A stretch of 64,000 nucleotides of DNA, from NCBI GenBank assembly GCA_963808625.1, contig CAWEHK010000050.1:1-64000 (forward strand). Reading direction: 5' to 3'. Origin of the DNA: an uncultured delta proteobacterium (lineage in GTDB: Bacteria > Desulfobacterota > Syntrophobacteria > Syntrophobacterales > Syntrophobacteraceae). The translations under genes and the position numbers were made by a program. Below the pieces are notes generated by a model. It was not told where the DNA came from and made no database searches. It was given only the letters and a program-made list of their open reading frames with translations. Shown here piece after piece: positions 43,362-53,269 of this stretch (position 1 is its first letter; every line of letters begins with the position of its first letter).

Positions 43362-43810
43362 CTCCGCTTCTCCCTCCGTTCCAAGACTTTGATATATTGC
43401 TAGACGGCTTCCACTCTACTGAGTCCTGCCTATTCTATAGGTTTAGCGAGACCTTGTCAAGCGGTTTCCCTCCCACTTTGTAAACTAAATCACAACCACC
43501 CTCAAAAAAATCGGGCCCGACTGCCTCCGTTTCAATGGCAAAAGGAAGTGATGGGTGATGAGTGGCCAGTGGGTGAGTGGGAAGTGATGGATGTCGCCGC
43601 CTAAAGTGCAGTGGGACAAGCTTTGACAGAGGGTCAAGCCTTTAAGAACCTCGATTCCCGCCAAAAGCAATTGCGGAAATGCGATGCAGTGCTCATTGGG
43701 AAATACGACAAGGCCACTTACCTTGTGTTTTCGACACATTCTGAGCCCCCCTCTTCATTAGTGTCCCGGTGCTCCCGAGTGATTGGTCTGCATCACCATT
43801 GGCCTCTCAG

Positions 43811-44296
43811 CTAAGCCGCTACTTTGGCCCCTGCGAAAACGGCCTTCCTTTGGGTGCATAGGAAATATGGCTTCGCCCGGATCCCCTTCTCCCGCACCGC
43901 CTGCCACAGGGATCGGCTCTCATGGCGTTTTTCCGAATCATCCAGGAGGACAAAATGGACCACCTCCTCGTAGCGTTGCATGAACTCGAGCCCTGCGGGA
44001 CCTTCGCAGATGAGGACCGAAGCACCCTCCACGGTGAGTTCCCCCATGGTAATGATCACCGGCTCGACGGCAGCGCCTGCTTGGTTCGCCGGACAGATAC
44101 GGTGGGGGATGAAGCTCGCCTGGGCAAAGGTCCACAGGAGGTGATCCAGACGCTGGGCCGCCAGGGCTGAACCGGCAAGAATCTGGACCCTCCGGCCCTG
44201 TTCATAGAAGTGTTCCGTCCACTGACACACGGCAAGCGGCTGTTCTTCGGTCTTCGTTTCGATAAAGTGAATGATGGATGATGGTTGATGAGTCAT
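43811..44296 (-). CDS. holC: DNA polymerase III chi subunit (possible terminal frameshift)
   Basis: RLDHLLWTFAQASFIPH motif, SRSLWQ; in an operon with dnaE. Confidence 0.8.
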   Translation of the reverse strand: MTHQPSSIIHFIETKTEEQPLAVCQWTEHFYEQGRRVQILAGSALAAQRLDHLLWTFAQASFIPHRICPANQAGAAVEPVIITMGELTVEGASVLICEGPAGLEFMQRYEEVVHFVLLDDSEKRHESRSLWQAVREKGIRAKPYFLCTQRKAVFAGAKVAA

Positions 44297-44390
44297 GGCT
44301 ATGGTTGATAGTTGATGGTTGATGGTTGATGGTTGACTGGTTGATGGGTCTGGTTGATGGTTGATGGTTGATGGTTGATGGTTGATGGTT
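44273..44390 (+). repeat. (GATGGTT)n heptamer tandem array
   Basis: gttgatggttgatggttgatggtt...; overlaps the holC start. Confidence 0.92.
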
Positions 44391-44408
44391 CGGTCTCGCA
44401 GGTCGCGT

Positions 44409-44753
44409 TCAGCAGGTCAGGTGAAACGCGCCGGCGACTCTCGCGTCACTGTTGCTCAGGCGGTTGAATGTTGCCACCGCTTGCGCTGTGGGCCCTTCGA
44501 TTAACTGGATATGAGCACCAGCCAGGACCGCGCGGAGGGAATCCGACACCTGCATGCGGCCGGGGTCTCCGCGACCAACCACCAGGGCCTCAGGCCTGGC
44601 GGCCAGGATGTCGTCCACGTCCTCCACATCCACAACATGGCCCTCTTTCCGCCACCAGGAAGGGACCACCCTCCCCTCCACGATCTTGAGATCGCTGTGA
44701 TGTTCCCTCTCCCCAATCGTCATGATGCCAAATTGATATCTTTTGATCAACAT
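44409..44753 (-). CDS. Mth938/DUF498 family protein
   Basis: IKRYQFG, WWRKEGH, LVVGRG, C-terminal AFHLTC. Confidence 0.88.
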   Translation of the reverse strand: MLIKRYQFGIMTIGEREHHSDLKIVEGRVVPSWWRKEGHVVDVEDVDDILAARPEALVVGRGDPGRMQVSDSLRAVLAGAHIQLIEGPTAQAVATFNRLSNSDARVAGAFHLTC

Positions 44754-44996
44754 TGCCAAGACCCTCTCAAAAAGTGCAGGCGTCAGTTTTTCGGAGCTTT
44801 GTCATTTTATTTCACATTCTTTACTCGTTTGGCCTGCGAGCCCCCATTTTGGCAGACTCAGGGATTCACCGCAGAGCACGCCGAGATCGCAGAGGAATCC
44901 CCTCATTCCAGCGCGAAATCTCGCTCTGCACTCTGCGCTCTCCGGGGTGAAAGAAGGACCTTCGCACCCGTAACGAGTATAACACACCCCTCACAC

Positions 44997-45055
44997 CCAT
45001 CAACCATCAACCATCAACCATCAACCATCAACTATCAACCATCAACCATCAACCA
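44997..45055 (+). repeat. (AACCATC)n heptamer tandem array (reverse complement of 44273-44390)
   Basis: ccatcaaccatcaaccatcaaccatcaaccatcaactatcaaccatcaaccatcaacca; supplies the dnaE stop codon. Confidence 0.92.
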
Positions 45056-48000
45056 CTCTTATAGGATGCCTCGACGCAGTTCATGCCGAAATGCTCGGTC
45101 ATCTCCTCGAAGAAGGACCGGCTCGGTTTTATCTGGAGTTTGGAGCTCAGCGCAATGACCGCTTCCCCCTTGCCCCCGACCGTCAGGTGCAGAAAGGCCC
45201 TGCAATCACCTGGATGATTCAGGAGCAAGTGGCGCAGCCGGGTCAGACCATCCCGGTCCAAACGGTCGGTCTGCAAATGGATGCGGACCGCATCCACGGT
45301 CTGAACCTGGGCTTCGTCCAGGGTCATGATCCGTTCGGCGAGAATTTTGCTCCCCTTCTCGTCGTGCTGCACTTTGCCGATGACCACCAGGGGCTCCTCG
45401 CCCGCCAGGAGTGGTTGGGCATGGATAAAGGTGTCCGCAAAGGAGACGACCTCCAGGATCCCTTCTTTGTCTTCAAGAGTCAGAAAGGCCATGCGATCAC
45501 CCTTCCTGGTGGTCAGTTCTTTGATGATACTGAGCATCCCGCAAAGCGTCGCTTCGCTGCCTTCTCTCTTTTCTTTCACCGACTGGGTATCGGCGGAACA
45601 GATGGCAGCCACCTGATCGGCATAGAAGTCCAGGGGGTGGCCGGAGATATAAAATCCGAGCGTCTCTTTTTCATACTGGATGGTGGTTCGAGCATCCCAG
45701 TCAGGCGCGTCGGGAAGTTCCGGCTGCGGGGTCGCCTTCTTCTGGGACTTCAGGAGTGCAAAGATATTCATCTGCCCCGATTGCCGATCGCGCTGCATGA
45801 TCTGGGCGGCGTCCAGGGCCTTGTCCAGGGCCGCCAGGACCGGGGCCCGCGAGGGATGAACGGAGTCAAACGCACCGCACTTGACGAGCTGCTCCAGGAC
45901 GCGCCGGTTGACGCGCTGGGTATCGACCCGCTGGCAGAATTCGTGGATGGAGCGGAACGGACCCTCTTCGTCGCGGCTCTTGAGGATTGCCTCAACAGCC
46001 GTTTCACCGACGTTTTTGACCGCTGCCAGACCAAAACGGATGCTGCCGCCCACCACGGCAAAGTCCCGGTCGCTGGCATTTACATCCGGGGGCAGGATGG
46101 GGATCGCCTTCTCCCGGCATTCGTTGATCAGCCTTACCACCTGGTCGGAGTTGCTGAGAAAGCTGTTGAGCAGCGCCGCCATGAACTCGACCGGGAAGTG
46201 GGCCTTGAGGTAAGCCGTCTGATAGGCGATAAGGGCATAAGCCGCACTGTGCGACTTGTTGAAACCGTACCCGGCAAATTTCTCCATGAGGTCGAAAATA
46301 TGGTTCGCTTTGGCAACGGCTATGCGATTCTCCTTGGCACCATCGAGGAACCGGTCCCGCTGCGCTTTCATCTGTGCCGGATCTTTCTTTCCCATGGCCC
46401 GGCGCAGAATATCCGCCTCTCCCAGGGTGTAGTTGGCGAGCACGCTGGCGATCTGCATGACCTGCTCCTGGTAGAGAATCACCCCGTAGGTCGGCTTCAG
46501 GATCGGCAACAACTGGTCGAGATCGTAGGCCACCTCGATCTGGCCATTTTTCCTCTGGATGTAGTTTTCCACCATGCCGCTTTCGATGGGACCCGGGCGG
46601 TAGAGGGCCAGCAAAGCGACGATGTCCGCGAAGTTTTCCGGGTGCGAACGCACCAGGATATCTCTCATCCCCGAGCTTTCCAGTTGGAATACCCCCGTCG
46701 TATCGGCGCGGCTGAGGAGCGCGTAAGTGTCCGGATCGTCAAGGGGCAGCTCGTCGATCTCGAGAGCCACGCCGTGGTTCTTGCGAATGAGTGCTGCGGC
46801 ATTATTGATGACGGTGAGATTTCTCAGTCCCAGGAAATCGAACTTGATCAGGCCGGCCTTCTCCACGTACTTCATGGGATACTGGGTGACGACTTCGCCG
46901 GCCTGCCCGCGATAGAGCGGCATGTATTCCACAATCGGCTTATCCCCGATGACCACTCCCGCAGCATGCGTGGAGGCATGGCGGGTCAGCCCCTCGAGGG
47001 CCAGGGCAATTTCGAAAAGCTCCTTCACCTGGGGATCGGCCTCCTGCTGCTCCAGCAGGCGCGGTTCCTGGTCGAAGGCTTTTTGCAGGGTCATTCCCAG
47101 CGAAGGGGGGATGAGCTTGGCGATCCGGTCCACATCGTTGTAGGGCAGAGCGAGGGCGCGCCCGACATCGCGGATCACGGCCCGCGCCTGCATGGTGCCA
47201 AAGGTGGTGATTTGTGCCACCCGGTCTTTTCCGTACTTTTCGCTCACGTATCGGAGAACTTCATCGCGGCCGTTGACGCAGAAGTCGACATCGATATCCG
47301 GCAGGCTGATCCGTTCCACGTTGAGAAAACGCTCGAAAATGAGACCATGTTCGATGGGATCAAGGTCCGTTATGCCCATGACGTAGGCCACCAGGCTGCC
47401 GGCTGCGGAACCGCGCCCGGGACCCACGGGAATGCCGCGATTTTTGGCATAATTGATGAAATCGGCCACAATCAGAAAATAGGCCGAAAACCCCATCTTG
47501 CGGATGACATCCAGCTCATAGCGGAGCCTTTTCCGGTATTCGTCTTCCTCGCCTGCCCCAAATTCCGGACGCTTCCTGCGAATCGTCGCCATGCGCTGCT
47601 CGAAACCTTCCCGCACGGTGCGTTCAAAACACGCCTCGACGCTTTCTTCGGGCGCCAGTGGAAACACGGGAAAGTGGTGGGTCTTCAGATCAATTTCCAG
47701 GTTGCACTGCTCGGCAATGGCCACCGTATTCTGCAGCGCTTCGGGGACATGCGCAAACTCGCGGAACATCTCGTCGGGGGACTTGAAATACAACTGGTCC
47801 GTATGGAACTTCATCCGCTTTTCATCGAGGACCGTCTTGCCGGTCTGGATGCAGAGCAGGATCTCGTGGGCGCGCGCATCGCCTTTGCGCAGGTAGTGGC
47901 AATCGTTGGTGGCAACAAGGGGCAGGTTGAGTTCGCGCCCGAGCTTGATCAGCGCCTGGTTGACAAGGGCCTGCTGCGGAAGGCCGTTGGCCTGAAGCTC

Positions 48001-48540
48001 CAGGTAGAACCCGTCCGCCCCGAAGATGTCGCGGTATTCGAGGGCTACCTTCCTCGCCGCCGGTTCCTGATTGCGCAGAAGGAGGGTCGCGATTTCCCCC
48101 TTGAGGCAGGCGGAGAGCCCGATCAGCCCTTCATGGTAGCGCCGCAGGAGGTCCTTGTCGATCCTTGGTTTGTAATAAAAGCCCTCGAGATAGGAGAACG
48201 TCACCAGCTGCATGAGATTTTTATACCCGGTATGATCTTTTGCCAGCAGCAGCAGATGGTAGTTTCGATCTTCCTCGCCATTCCCGCCGCTCTCAACTTT
48301 CCCGTGACGATCAAAACGGCTCTTCGGGGCCAGGTATACTTCGCAGCCGATGATGGGCTTGATGTCGGACTTTTTGCACAGCTCAAAGAATTCGAGCGCG
48401 CCGAACATGCTGCCATGGTCCGTGATGCTGACCGCAGGCATATTGAAGCTGCGGGCGGTCTTCAGGAGGTCCTGCAGGCGGATGGCGCCATCCAGCAGAC
48501 TGAACTCGGTGTGAACGTGCAAATGAACGAAAGGATTCAT
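45049..48540 (-). CDS. dnaE: DNA polymerase III alpha subunit
   Basis: FVHLHVHTEFSLLDG, GPGRGSAAGS, PDIDVDF, KFDFLGL, YGFNKSH. Confidence 0.98.
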   Translation of the reverse strand: MNPFVHLHVHTEFSLLDGAIRLQDLLKTARSFNMPAVSITDHGSMFGALEFFELCKKSDIKPIIGCEVYLAPKSRFDRHGKVESGGNGEEDRNYHLLLLAKDHTGYKNLMQLVTFSYLEGFYYKPRIDKDLLRRYHEGLIGLSACLKGEIATLLLRNQEPAARKVALEYRDIFGADGFYLELQANGLPQQALVNQALIKLGRELNLPLVATNDCHYLRKGDARAHEILLCIQTGKTVLDEKRMKFHTDQLYFKSPDEMFREFAHVPEALQNTVAIAEQCNLEIDLKTHHFPVFPLAPEESVEACFERTVREGFEQRMATIRRKRPEFGAGEEDEYRKRLRYELDVIRKMGFSAYFLIVADFINYAKNRGIPVGPGRGSAAGSLVAYVMGITDLDPIEHGLIFERFLNVERISLPDIDVDFCVNGRDEVLRYVSEKYGKDRVAQITTFGTMQARAVIRDVGRALALPYNDVDRIAKLIPPSLGMTLQKAFDQEPRLLEQQEADPQVKELFEIALALEGLTRHASTHAAGVVIGDKPIVEYMPLYRGQAGEVVTQYPMKYVEKAGLIKFDFLGLRNLTVINNAAALIRKNHGVALEIDELPLDDPDTYALLSRADTTGVFQLESSGMRDILVRSHPENFADIVALLALYRPGPIESGMVENYIQRKNGQIEVAYDLDQLLPILKPTYGVILYQEQVMQIASVLANYTLGEADILRRAMGKKDPAQMKAQRDRFLDGAKENRIAVAKANHIFDLMEKFAGYGFNKSHSAAYALIAYQTAYLKAHFPVEFMAALLNSFLSNSDQVVRLINECREKAIPILPPDVNASDRDFAVVGGSIRFGLAAVKNVGETAVEAILKSRDEEGPFRSIHEFCQRVDTQRVNRRVLEQLVKCGAFDSVHPSRAPVLAALDKALDAAQIMQRDRQSGQMNIFALLKSQKKATPQPELPDAPDWDARTTIQYEKETLGFYISGHPLDFYADQVAAICSADTQSVKEKREGSEATLCGMLSIIKELTTRKGDRMAFLTLEDKEGILEVVSFADTFIHAQPLLAGEEPLVVIGKVQHDEKGSKILAERIMTLDEAQVQTVDAVRIHLQTDRLDRDGLTRLRHLLLNHPGDCRAFLHLTVGGKGEAVIALSSKLQIKPSRSFFEEMTEHFGMNCVEASYKSG

Positions 48541-48849
48541 TATGCTCTGTGCCCTCTTTCGTGATTTTCGCGTGTTTCGTGGTTAATAAAGGAAACTTCC
48601 TGCCCTGTCCGGCCATGTTCCGGCACTCGACAAAATCCAGTCTATCACAACAGGGGAGGCTTTGCAGCCTATGAGTGTGATTCGCACCATTCAGCCGCCA
48701 TAACTTCCCTTCATGAGACGATTCTAATCCAGGCTTAATGTTCCTTTAACCTGTACTGTTTACCTTTCACCTCAAGCAACGGGAAGAGTGCTTCGCGTTT
48801 GCGGTGAGTCATTCAAGAATCGCTTCGATAAGAAACAGGAGGAAAATGA

Positions 48850-50319
48850 ATGTTAGCGAAAGTCAGGAACCACTTGAACAACAACCGCCCGGCCGTCAAT
48901 ACGGCTAAGATTGTAGCTCTGACATGGCTCTTGACCGGTCTTTTGTTCTCACCATGGCCCGTCAAGACAGTTTCTGCAGCTCCTGACAACCCCGCTGTTG
49001 TCTCCCCGGGCGTCACCGGGCAAGCGCCGCTGGCCAGTCCTTTCACACCCCTGGTACAGAAACTGGCGCCCTCGGTCGTGAACGTCAAGGTGAGCAAGGT
49101 GGAAAAGGCCGGTTTTCCCCTGCCGCAGATGCCCGGGGGCCCTTTCGGGGAATTCTTCAATCATCCCCAGCGTCCCCAGGACCGACCGGTTCAGGGCGCG
49201 GGATCGGGAGTGATCATCTCCGATGACGGCACCATCCTTACCAACAACCACGTGGTGGAAGGGGCCAAAGAGGTACAGGTCATCCTCGCCGACAAGCGCG
49301 AGATCAAGGCGAAAGTCGTCGGCCGCGACCCCAAAACCGACCTTGCCGTGCTGAAGATCGATGCCGGTAAAAACCTTGCTCCGGCAACCATGGGCGACTC
49401 GTCGCAATTGCAGGTTGGTGACTGGGTGATCGCCATTGGTAATCCCTTTGGTCTGAGCCATACCGTTACCTCGGGCATCGTGAGCGCCAAGGGCAGGGTG
49501 ATCGGTGCCGGACCTTACGATGATTTCATCCAGACCGATGCCTCCATCAACCCGGGCAACTCGGGCGGCCCGCTCTTCAACATGAAAGGCGAAGTCGTCG
49601 GGATCAATACCGCGATTATCCCCAACGGCCAGGGGATCGGCTTTGCCATCCCGATCAACACTGCCAGACCTCTCATCCCGCAACTGGTGTCGACCGGCGA
49701 AGTAACCCGCGGCTACCTCGGTGTCGGCATCCAGTCCCTCAGCCCGGACCTGATTGCAGCCCTCAAGCTGGAGAACGAGAAGGGGGCCCTGGTTGCTGAT
49801 GTAGTGTCGGGAGGACCGGCCGACAAGGCGGGAATCAAGCGGGGTGACGTGATCGTATCCTTCGACGGGAAAGCGATCCAGGACAGCCATGATCTGCCGG
49901 CCGTGGTGGCTGCAACCCCGGTCGGGAAAGAGGTGACCGTTGGCATCGTGCGGGAGGGCAAAGAGCGCCAGGTGAGCGCGAAATTGGCGAAGCTGGAATC
50001 CGATGAAACGGCATCCGAGGAGACCAGGCAGCCGGCCCAGGGAAAGTGGGGCTTGCAGCTTCACGATCTGACCCCGCAGGTCGCCAGGCAGCTTGGGATC
50101 AAAGCTGACCGCGGCGTCGTGGTTGTCGGGGTGCAGCCGGGAAGTCCCGCCGACCAGGCAGCCATTCAGCAGGGAGACATCATTGTCGAGGTCAACCGCC
50201 AGGCGGTGGAATCGGTAAAAGAGGTCAAGGAGAACGTTGCCAAGGCCGGTGACGCCGATTCGCTGGTGCTCCTGGTGAAGGGCGAGCAGGGCAGCCGGTA
50301 CGTGGTTCTGAAGGGATAG
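48850..50319 (+). CDS. DegP/DegQ (HtrA) serine protease with two PDZ domains
   Basis: GSGVII, LTNNHVV, TDLAVLK, INPGNSGGPL, followed by two PDZ domains. Confidence 0.95.
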   Translation: MLAKVRNHLNNNRPAVNTAKIVALTWLLTGLLFSPWPVKTVSAAPDNPAVVSPGVTGQAPLASPFTPLVQKLAPSVVNVKVSKVEKAGFPLPQMPGGPFGEFFNHPQRPQDRPVQGAGSGVIISDDGTILTNNHVVEGAKEVQVILADKREIKAKVVGRDPKTDLAVLKIDAGKNLAPATMGDSSQLQVGDWVIAIGNPFGLSHTVTSGIVSAKGRVIGAGPYDDFIQTDASINPGNSGGPLFNMKGEVVGINTAIIPNGQGIGFAIPINTARPLIPQLVSTGEVTRGYLGVGIQSLSPDLIAALKLENEKGALVADVVSGGPADKAGIKRGDVIVSFDGKAIQDSHDLPAVVAATPVGKEVTVGIVREGKERQVSAKLAKLESDETASEETRQPAQGKWGLQLHDLTPQVARQLGIKADRGVVVVGVQPGSPADQAAIQQGDIIVEVNRQAVESVKEVKENVAKAGDADSLVLLVKGEQGSRYVVLKG

Positions 50320-50341
50320 TTCGGAACTTGCCCGGAAGCCT

Positions 50342-50374
50342 CAGAAGGATGGCTGACCCCCGGCCATCCTTCTG
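50342..50374 (+). terminator. Hairpin after degP
   Basis: CAGAAGGATGGC...GCCATCCTTCTG 12-bp stem; weak U-tract. Confidence 0.4.
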
Positions 50375-50502
50375 TCCCTCTTCCTTTGGTCGTGTTTGCA
50401 CGCGGGGTCGAATTAGGTCTTGATCCTCCGAAAGCATGGCATCGAGCCTGATATCGGCGAAGGTATACGATAAAATGACGAACCTAACCGTGAAGGTGAA
50501 TC

Positions 50503-52176
50503 ATGGCTGACAATTCCTCCTCCCCAGCAGTGGGAATGAAGATCCGTTATCCTCTCGCGAGACTCTTCGCCTGGTTTGATGCTCGGGTAATCGCCTTGGT
50601 CCGCGAAATGCGCGTTTCGTATCTACCCCCGCTAATGATTTACATGGCGGCGGGCATCTCCGGCCTGACCGGCATTGTTGGGACTTTTTTCGTCAAGGAC
50701 TATCTTGGGCTGTCAGCGGAGTTCCTCGCCACGCTCGGCTTTTGGGCCGGCATCCCGTGGACACTCAAGATGCCCCTGGGACACCTGGTTGACCTTCTTT
50801 GGAAGTGGAAATCATGGCTGGTGGTCGTGGGGGCGACCTTGCTCGGGACCAGCTTCGCCATCATGTTGGGACTGATCGCTCATGCCCCCCTCATGAGCGA
50901 ATATATGAGCGTCGAAGGATGGTTTGTTGTAGGCATCCTTGTTGCTCCCCTCGGCTATGTCATCCAGGATGTGGTGGCCGATGCCATGACGGTGGAAGCC
51001 GTTCCCCTCGTCGATGACGAAGGTCGTTCCTATGATCCCCAGGCCGTAAAACTCATGCATACGACCATGCAGACCCTCGGGCGGGTCGCCGCTGTCGGCG
51101 GCGGCATCCTGGTCTCCCTGGTGAACGTCTGGATGTTCGATGGGGTGACCGCCATGTCGGCGGCCGAAAAGGTCCATGTTTATAGTAATATTTACCAAAT
51201 GGCGATGGCCATCCCGGTGATCTCGGTGCTCGGGGTTGTCGCTGCGTGGATGCTCAAGAGGCTTCGCGCGAGAAAACTTCGCCGCCTGGGTTTTAACGCA
51301 GAGTACGTCAGGCGAGTCCTCGATCCGCATGGTGAGAACACGCAGGCAAACTGGTGGCTCCTCGGCGGAAGCGTCGTTTTTGTCGCTTTCACCCTGCTGA
51401 TGGGTCTCAATCAGATTCCTTTCGACCAGGAAATCATTTTTGGCGGTTCTTTAGCCATCGTGCTTTTCCTTATGGCAAGGTTGCTGAAAGCATTGGACCC
51501 GACCGCTCGCCGCGCCCTCATTGGGACCGCCGTCATCATTTTCATCTTTCGTGCCCTGCCCGGTCCCGGGGCAGGCGCCTCCTGGTGGCAAATCGACGAG
51601 CTCCACTTTGACGAGCAGTTCCTCTCCAAGCTTTCCCTCATCAGCGGGGGCTTTGCTCTTTTTGGCATGTTCGTCTTTCGCCGATTCATGGCCGAGAAGT
51701 CCATTGCCTACGTGGTCGGTTTTCTCACCATCGTCGGCACCCTCCTGAGTCTCCCGATCATTGGCCTCTATTATGGTCTGCACACCTGGACGTCAGCCTT
51801 GACCGGCGGTATGGTGGATGCACGATTCATCGCCATGATTGACACGGCGCTGGAGTCGCCTCTGGGTCAAGTGGCCATGATCCCCATGCTTGCCTGGATC
51901 GCGCAGAGCGCTCCAACACACCTGAAGGCAACCTATTTTGCGGTCATGGCTTCCTTCACCAACCTGGCCCTGTCACTCAGCACACTTGCCACGAAGTACT
52001 TGAATCACTTCTATGTGATAACCCGGCAGGTCGTCGATCCGCTTACCGGTATCATGAAAACTCCTTCCGATTACAACCAGTTGGGGACGCTGCTCATCAT
52101 GGTCACGGTTATCGGATTGCTGCTGCCGATGCTCACCATCTTCATCATTCAAAAGTCGCCATTACGCAGTAAGTGA
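50503..52176 (+). CDS. BT1/folate-biopterin-like MFS membrane transporter
   Basis: Multiple TM helices; PWTLKMPLG, QDVVADAMTVE, ATYFAVMASFTNL. Confidence 0.75.
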   Translation: MADNSSSPAVGMKIRYPLARLFAWFDARVIALVREMRVSYLPPLMIYMAAGISGLTGIVGTFFVKDYLGLSAEFLATLGFWAGIPWTLKMPLGHLVDLLWKWKSWLVVVGATLLGTSFAIMLGLIAHAPLMSEYMSVEGWFVVGILVAPLGYVIQDVVADAMTVEAVPLVDDEGRSYDPQAVKLMHTTMQTLGRVAAVGGGILVSLVNVWMFDGVTAMSAAEKVHVYSNIYQMAMAIPVISVLGVVAAWMLKRLRARKLRRLGFNAEYVRRVLDPHGENTQANWWLLGGSVVFVAFTLLMGLNQIPFDQEIIFGGSLAIVLFLMARLLKALDPTARRALIGTAVIIFIFRALPGPGAGASWWQIDELHFDEQFLSKLSLISGGFALFGMFVFRRFMAEKSIAYVVGFLTIVGTLLSLPIIGLYYGLHTWTSALTGGMVDARFIAMIDTALESPLGQVAMIPMLAWIAQSAPTHLKATYFAVMASFTNLALSLSTLATKYLNHFYVITRQVVDPLTGIMKTPSDYNQLGTLLIMVTVIGLLLPMLTIFIIQKSPLRSK

Positions 52177-52180
52177 CGCA
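52101..52180 (+). repeat. 80-bp direct repeat, copy 1 (3' end of the transporter gene)
   Basis: Ungapped match to 54401-54480 with 11 mismatches by manual count. Confidence 0.9.
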
Positions 52181-52391
52181 CGTGAGGAATCTTAGGCCCT
52201 CAGAGGAAGAGGTCGTGCGTCGGTGATAGGTTCATGTGCTGATTTGGTTACCAGCAGGAAGCTCCAGACCTGGGAAGTTGCCCGCAAACTCCCTCTCCTT
52301 AGCTCCTTTTTCCTCCTTTTCGATCCACGGCGTACCCGTGCATGATCGCTTGGTTCATCACGATGAAGAGGCCGAATGTAGTGGCCGGTCC

Positions 52392-52447
52392 GGCCAGCGG
52401 GCAGAAACTCACCGGGCCGCAGGCTCCGATGCAGTTTTTGGTTCGGT
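52392..52447 (-). other. attC-like integron recombination site (degenerate R')
   Basis: Minus strand ACCGAAC-CAA-AAACTGCATCGG...CCGGTGAGTTT-CTGCCC-GCTGGCC. The L arms pair with one extra G; the site lies just after the toxin stop. Confidence 0.55.
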
Positions 52448-52459
52448 GGTGGATCGGGG

Positions 52460-52759
52460 CTAAGGCATCTTGAGAAGACGTTCGCTTCGCCAAACTCGCA
52501 CAATGCGAACCCGGATGTCATCGAACCGATAAACGATACGAAAAGGTGGGTATAGGATCTCTCTCAAATGAGCAACTCCAAACTCAGGCACAACGCGACC
52601 GCTTTCAGGGAAGTCTGCAAGTCGCTGCACCTGGGAAACCACTTCTCCCAACAATCGTTCGCCCACGTCAGGAACTTGCTGCTCAGCATACCACTCGCGT
52701 ATTTCTTCAAGATCCGTGACTGCCGATGCCGCGAATGTGATTTGGAGTCTCCGAGGCAT
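52460..52759 (-). CDS. Type II toxin, RelE/ParE family
   Basis: FAASAVTDLEEIREWY...LADFPESGRVVPEF...REILYPPFRIVYR. Confidence 0.9.
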   Translation of the reverse strand: MPRRLQITFAASAVTDLEEIREWYAEQQVPDVGERLLGEVVSQVQRLADFPESGRVVPEFGVAHLREILYPPFRIVYRFDDIRVRIVRVWRSERLLKMP

Positions 52760-52763
52760 GATT

Positions 52764-53039
52764 TCAACCCAAGCCGAGATGCTTTTTGACGTCGGAAAGA
52801 TTCATTTCTCGGCCCTCTTCCAGGTCCATCAATCCTTGGACTACGCCACGCAGGAACGCCCGCTCTTCAACTTCCGTTTCGTATTCCTTAAGTGATTGGA
52901 CAACGGCAACGCCTCGCCCCCTGTTGGTCAAGAGCACCGGTCTATGAGTTTTACCGACCTGATTAACAACTCGACCGGGATTAACCTTCATATCGCTCAA
53001 TGGAACGATGTCTTCGGAGAATTTGGTGGATGTTCGCAT
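52764..53039 (-). CDS. Type II antitoxin, Phd/YefM family
   Basis: EDIVPLSDMK...RPVLLTNRGRGVAVVQS; strong RBS AAGGAGG. Confidence 0.9.
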   Translation of the reverse strand: MRTSTKFSEDIVPLSDMKVNPGRVVNQVGKTHRPVLLTNRGRGVAVVQSLKEYETEVEERAFLRGVVQGLMDLEEGREMNLSDVKKHLGLG

Positions 53040-53072
53040 AACTCCTCCTTAAGAGTCCTTTTTAGAGCGCAA

Positions 53073-53101
53073 ATAATAGCACCTGTTAAATAGCCTGGCA
53101 A
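53073..53101 (-). promoter_or_regulatory. Sigma70 promoter of the Phd/RelE operon
   Basis: TTGCCA-N17-TATTAT on the minus strand. Confidence 0.6.
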
Positions 53102-53180
53102 GGACTCAACTTACCATACCCATTAAGTGCCACTCTAAGCCTAAAAAAACCGCCCCAGACCGGTCTTTAACTGTAAACGC

Positions 53181-53238
53181 GCCTAACTTGGGTTGGTCCC
53201 GCCCTGTTCGCCTCCCGAGTGTAACCCCCTGGTTGGGC
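53181..53238 (-). other. attC-like site (58 bp)
   Basis: Minus strand GCCCAAC (RYYYAAC) ... GTTAGGC (GTTRRRY) with an internal GGGTT/AACCC pair; lies downstream of the methyltransferase relic. Confidence 0.55.
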
Positions 53239-53269
53239 ATGCTGTTGAGACAAAGAGACGCACCTGTGC

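Noticed and set aside
37641..44753. Selenoprotein genes or tRNA-Sec near selB (e.g. Mth938 ending TGC TGA)
   Set aside because: HxTC is the normal family C-terminus, no SECIS-like hairpin is evident, and no selA, selC or selD was seen.
44273..45055. CRISPR array
   Set aside because: Contiguous heptamer tandem repeats with no unique spacers and no cas genes.
45091..48564. Long plus-strand ORFs (e.g. 45091-48564, 56564-59188, 41826-43403, 32111-33616) and minus-strand 37620-39509
   Set aside because: Antisense shadows of well-supported genes, expected with high GC3; no recognisable motifs.
52299..52390. Possible thermonuclease C-terminal fragment (MNQAIMHGYAVDRKGGKRS)
   Set aside because: Too short and weak to call without a search.
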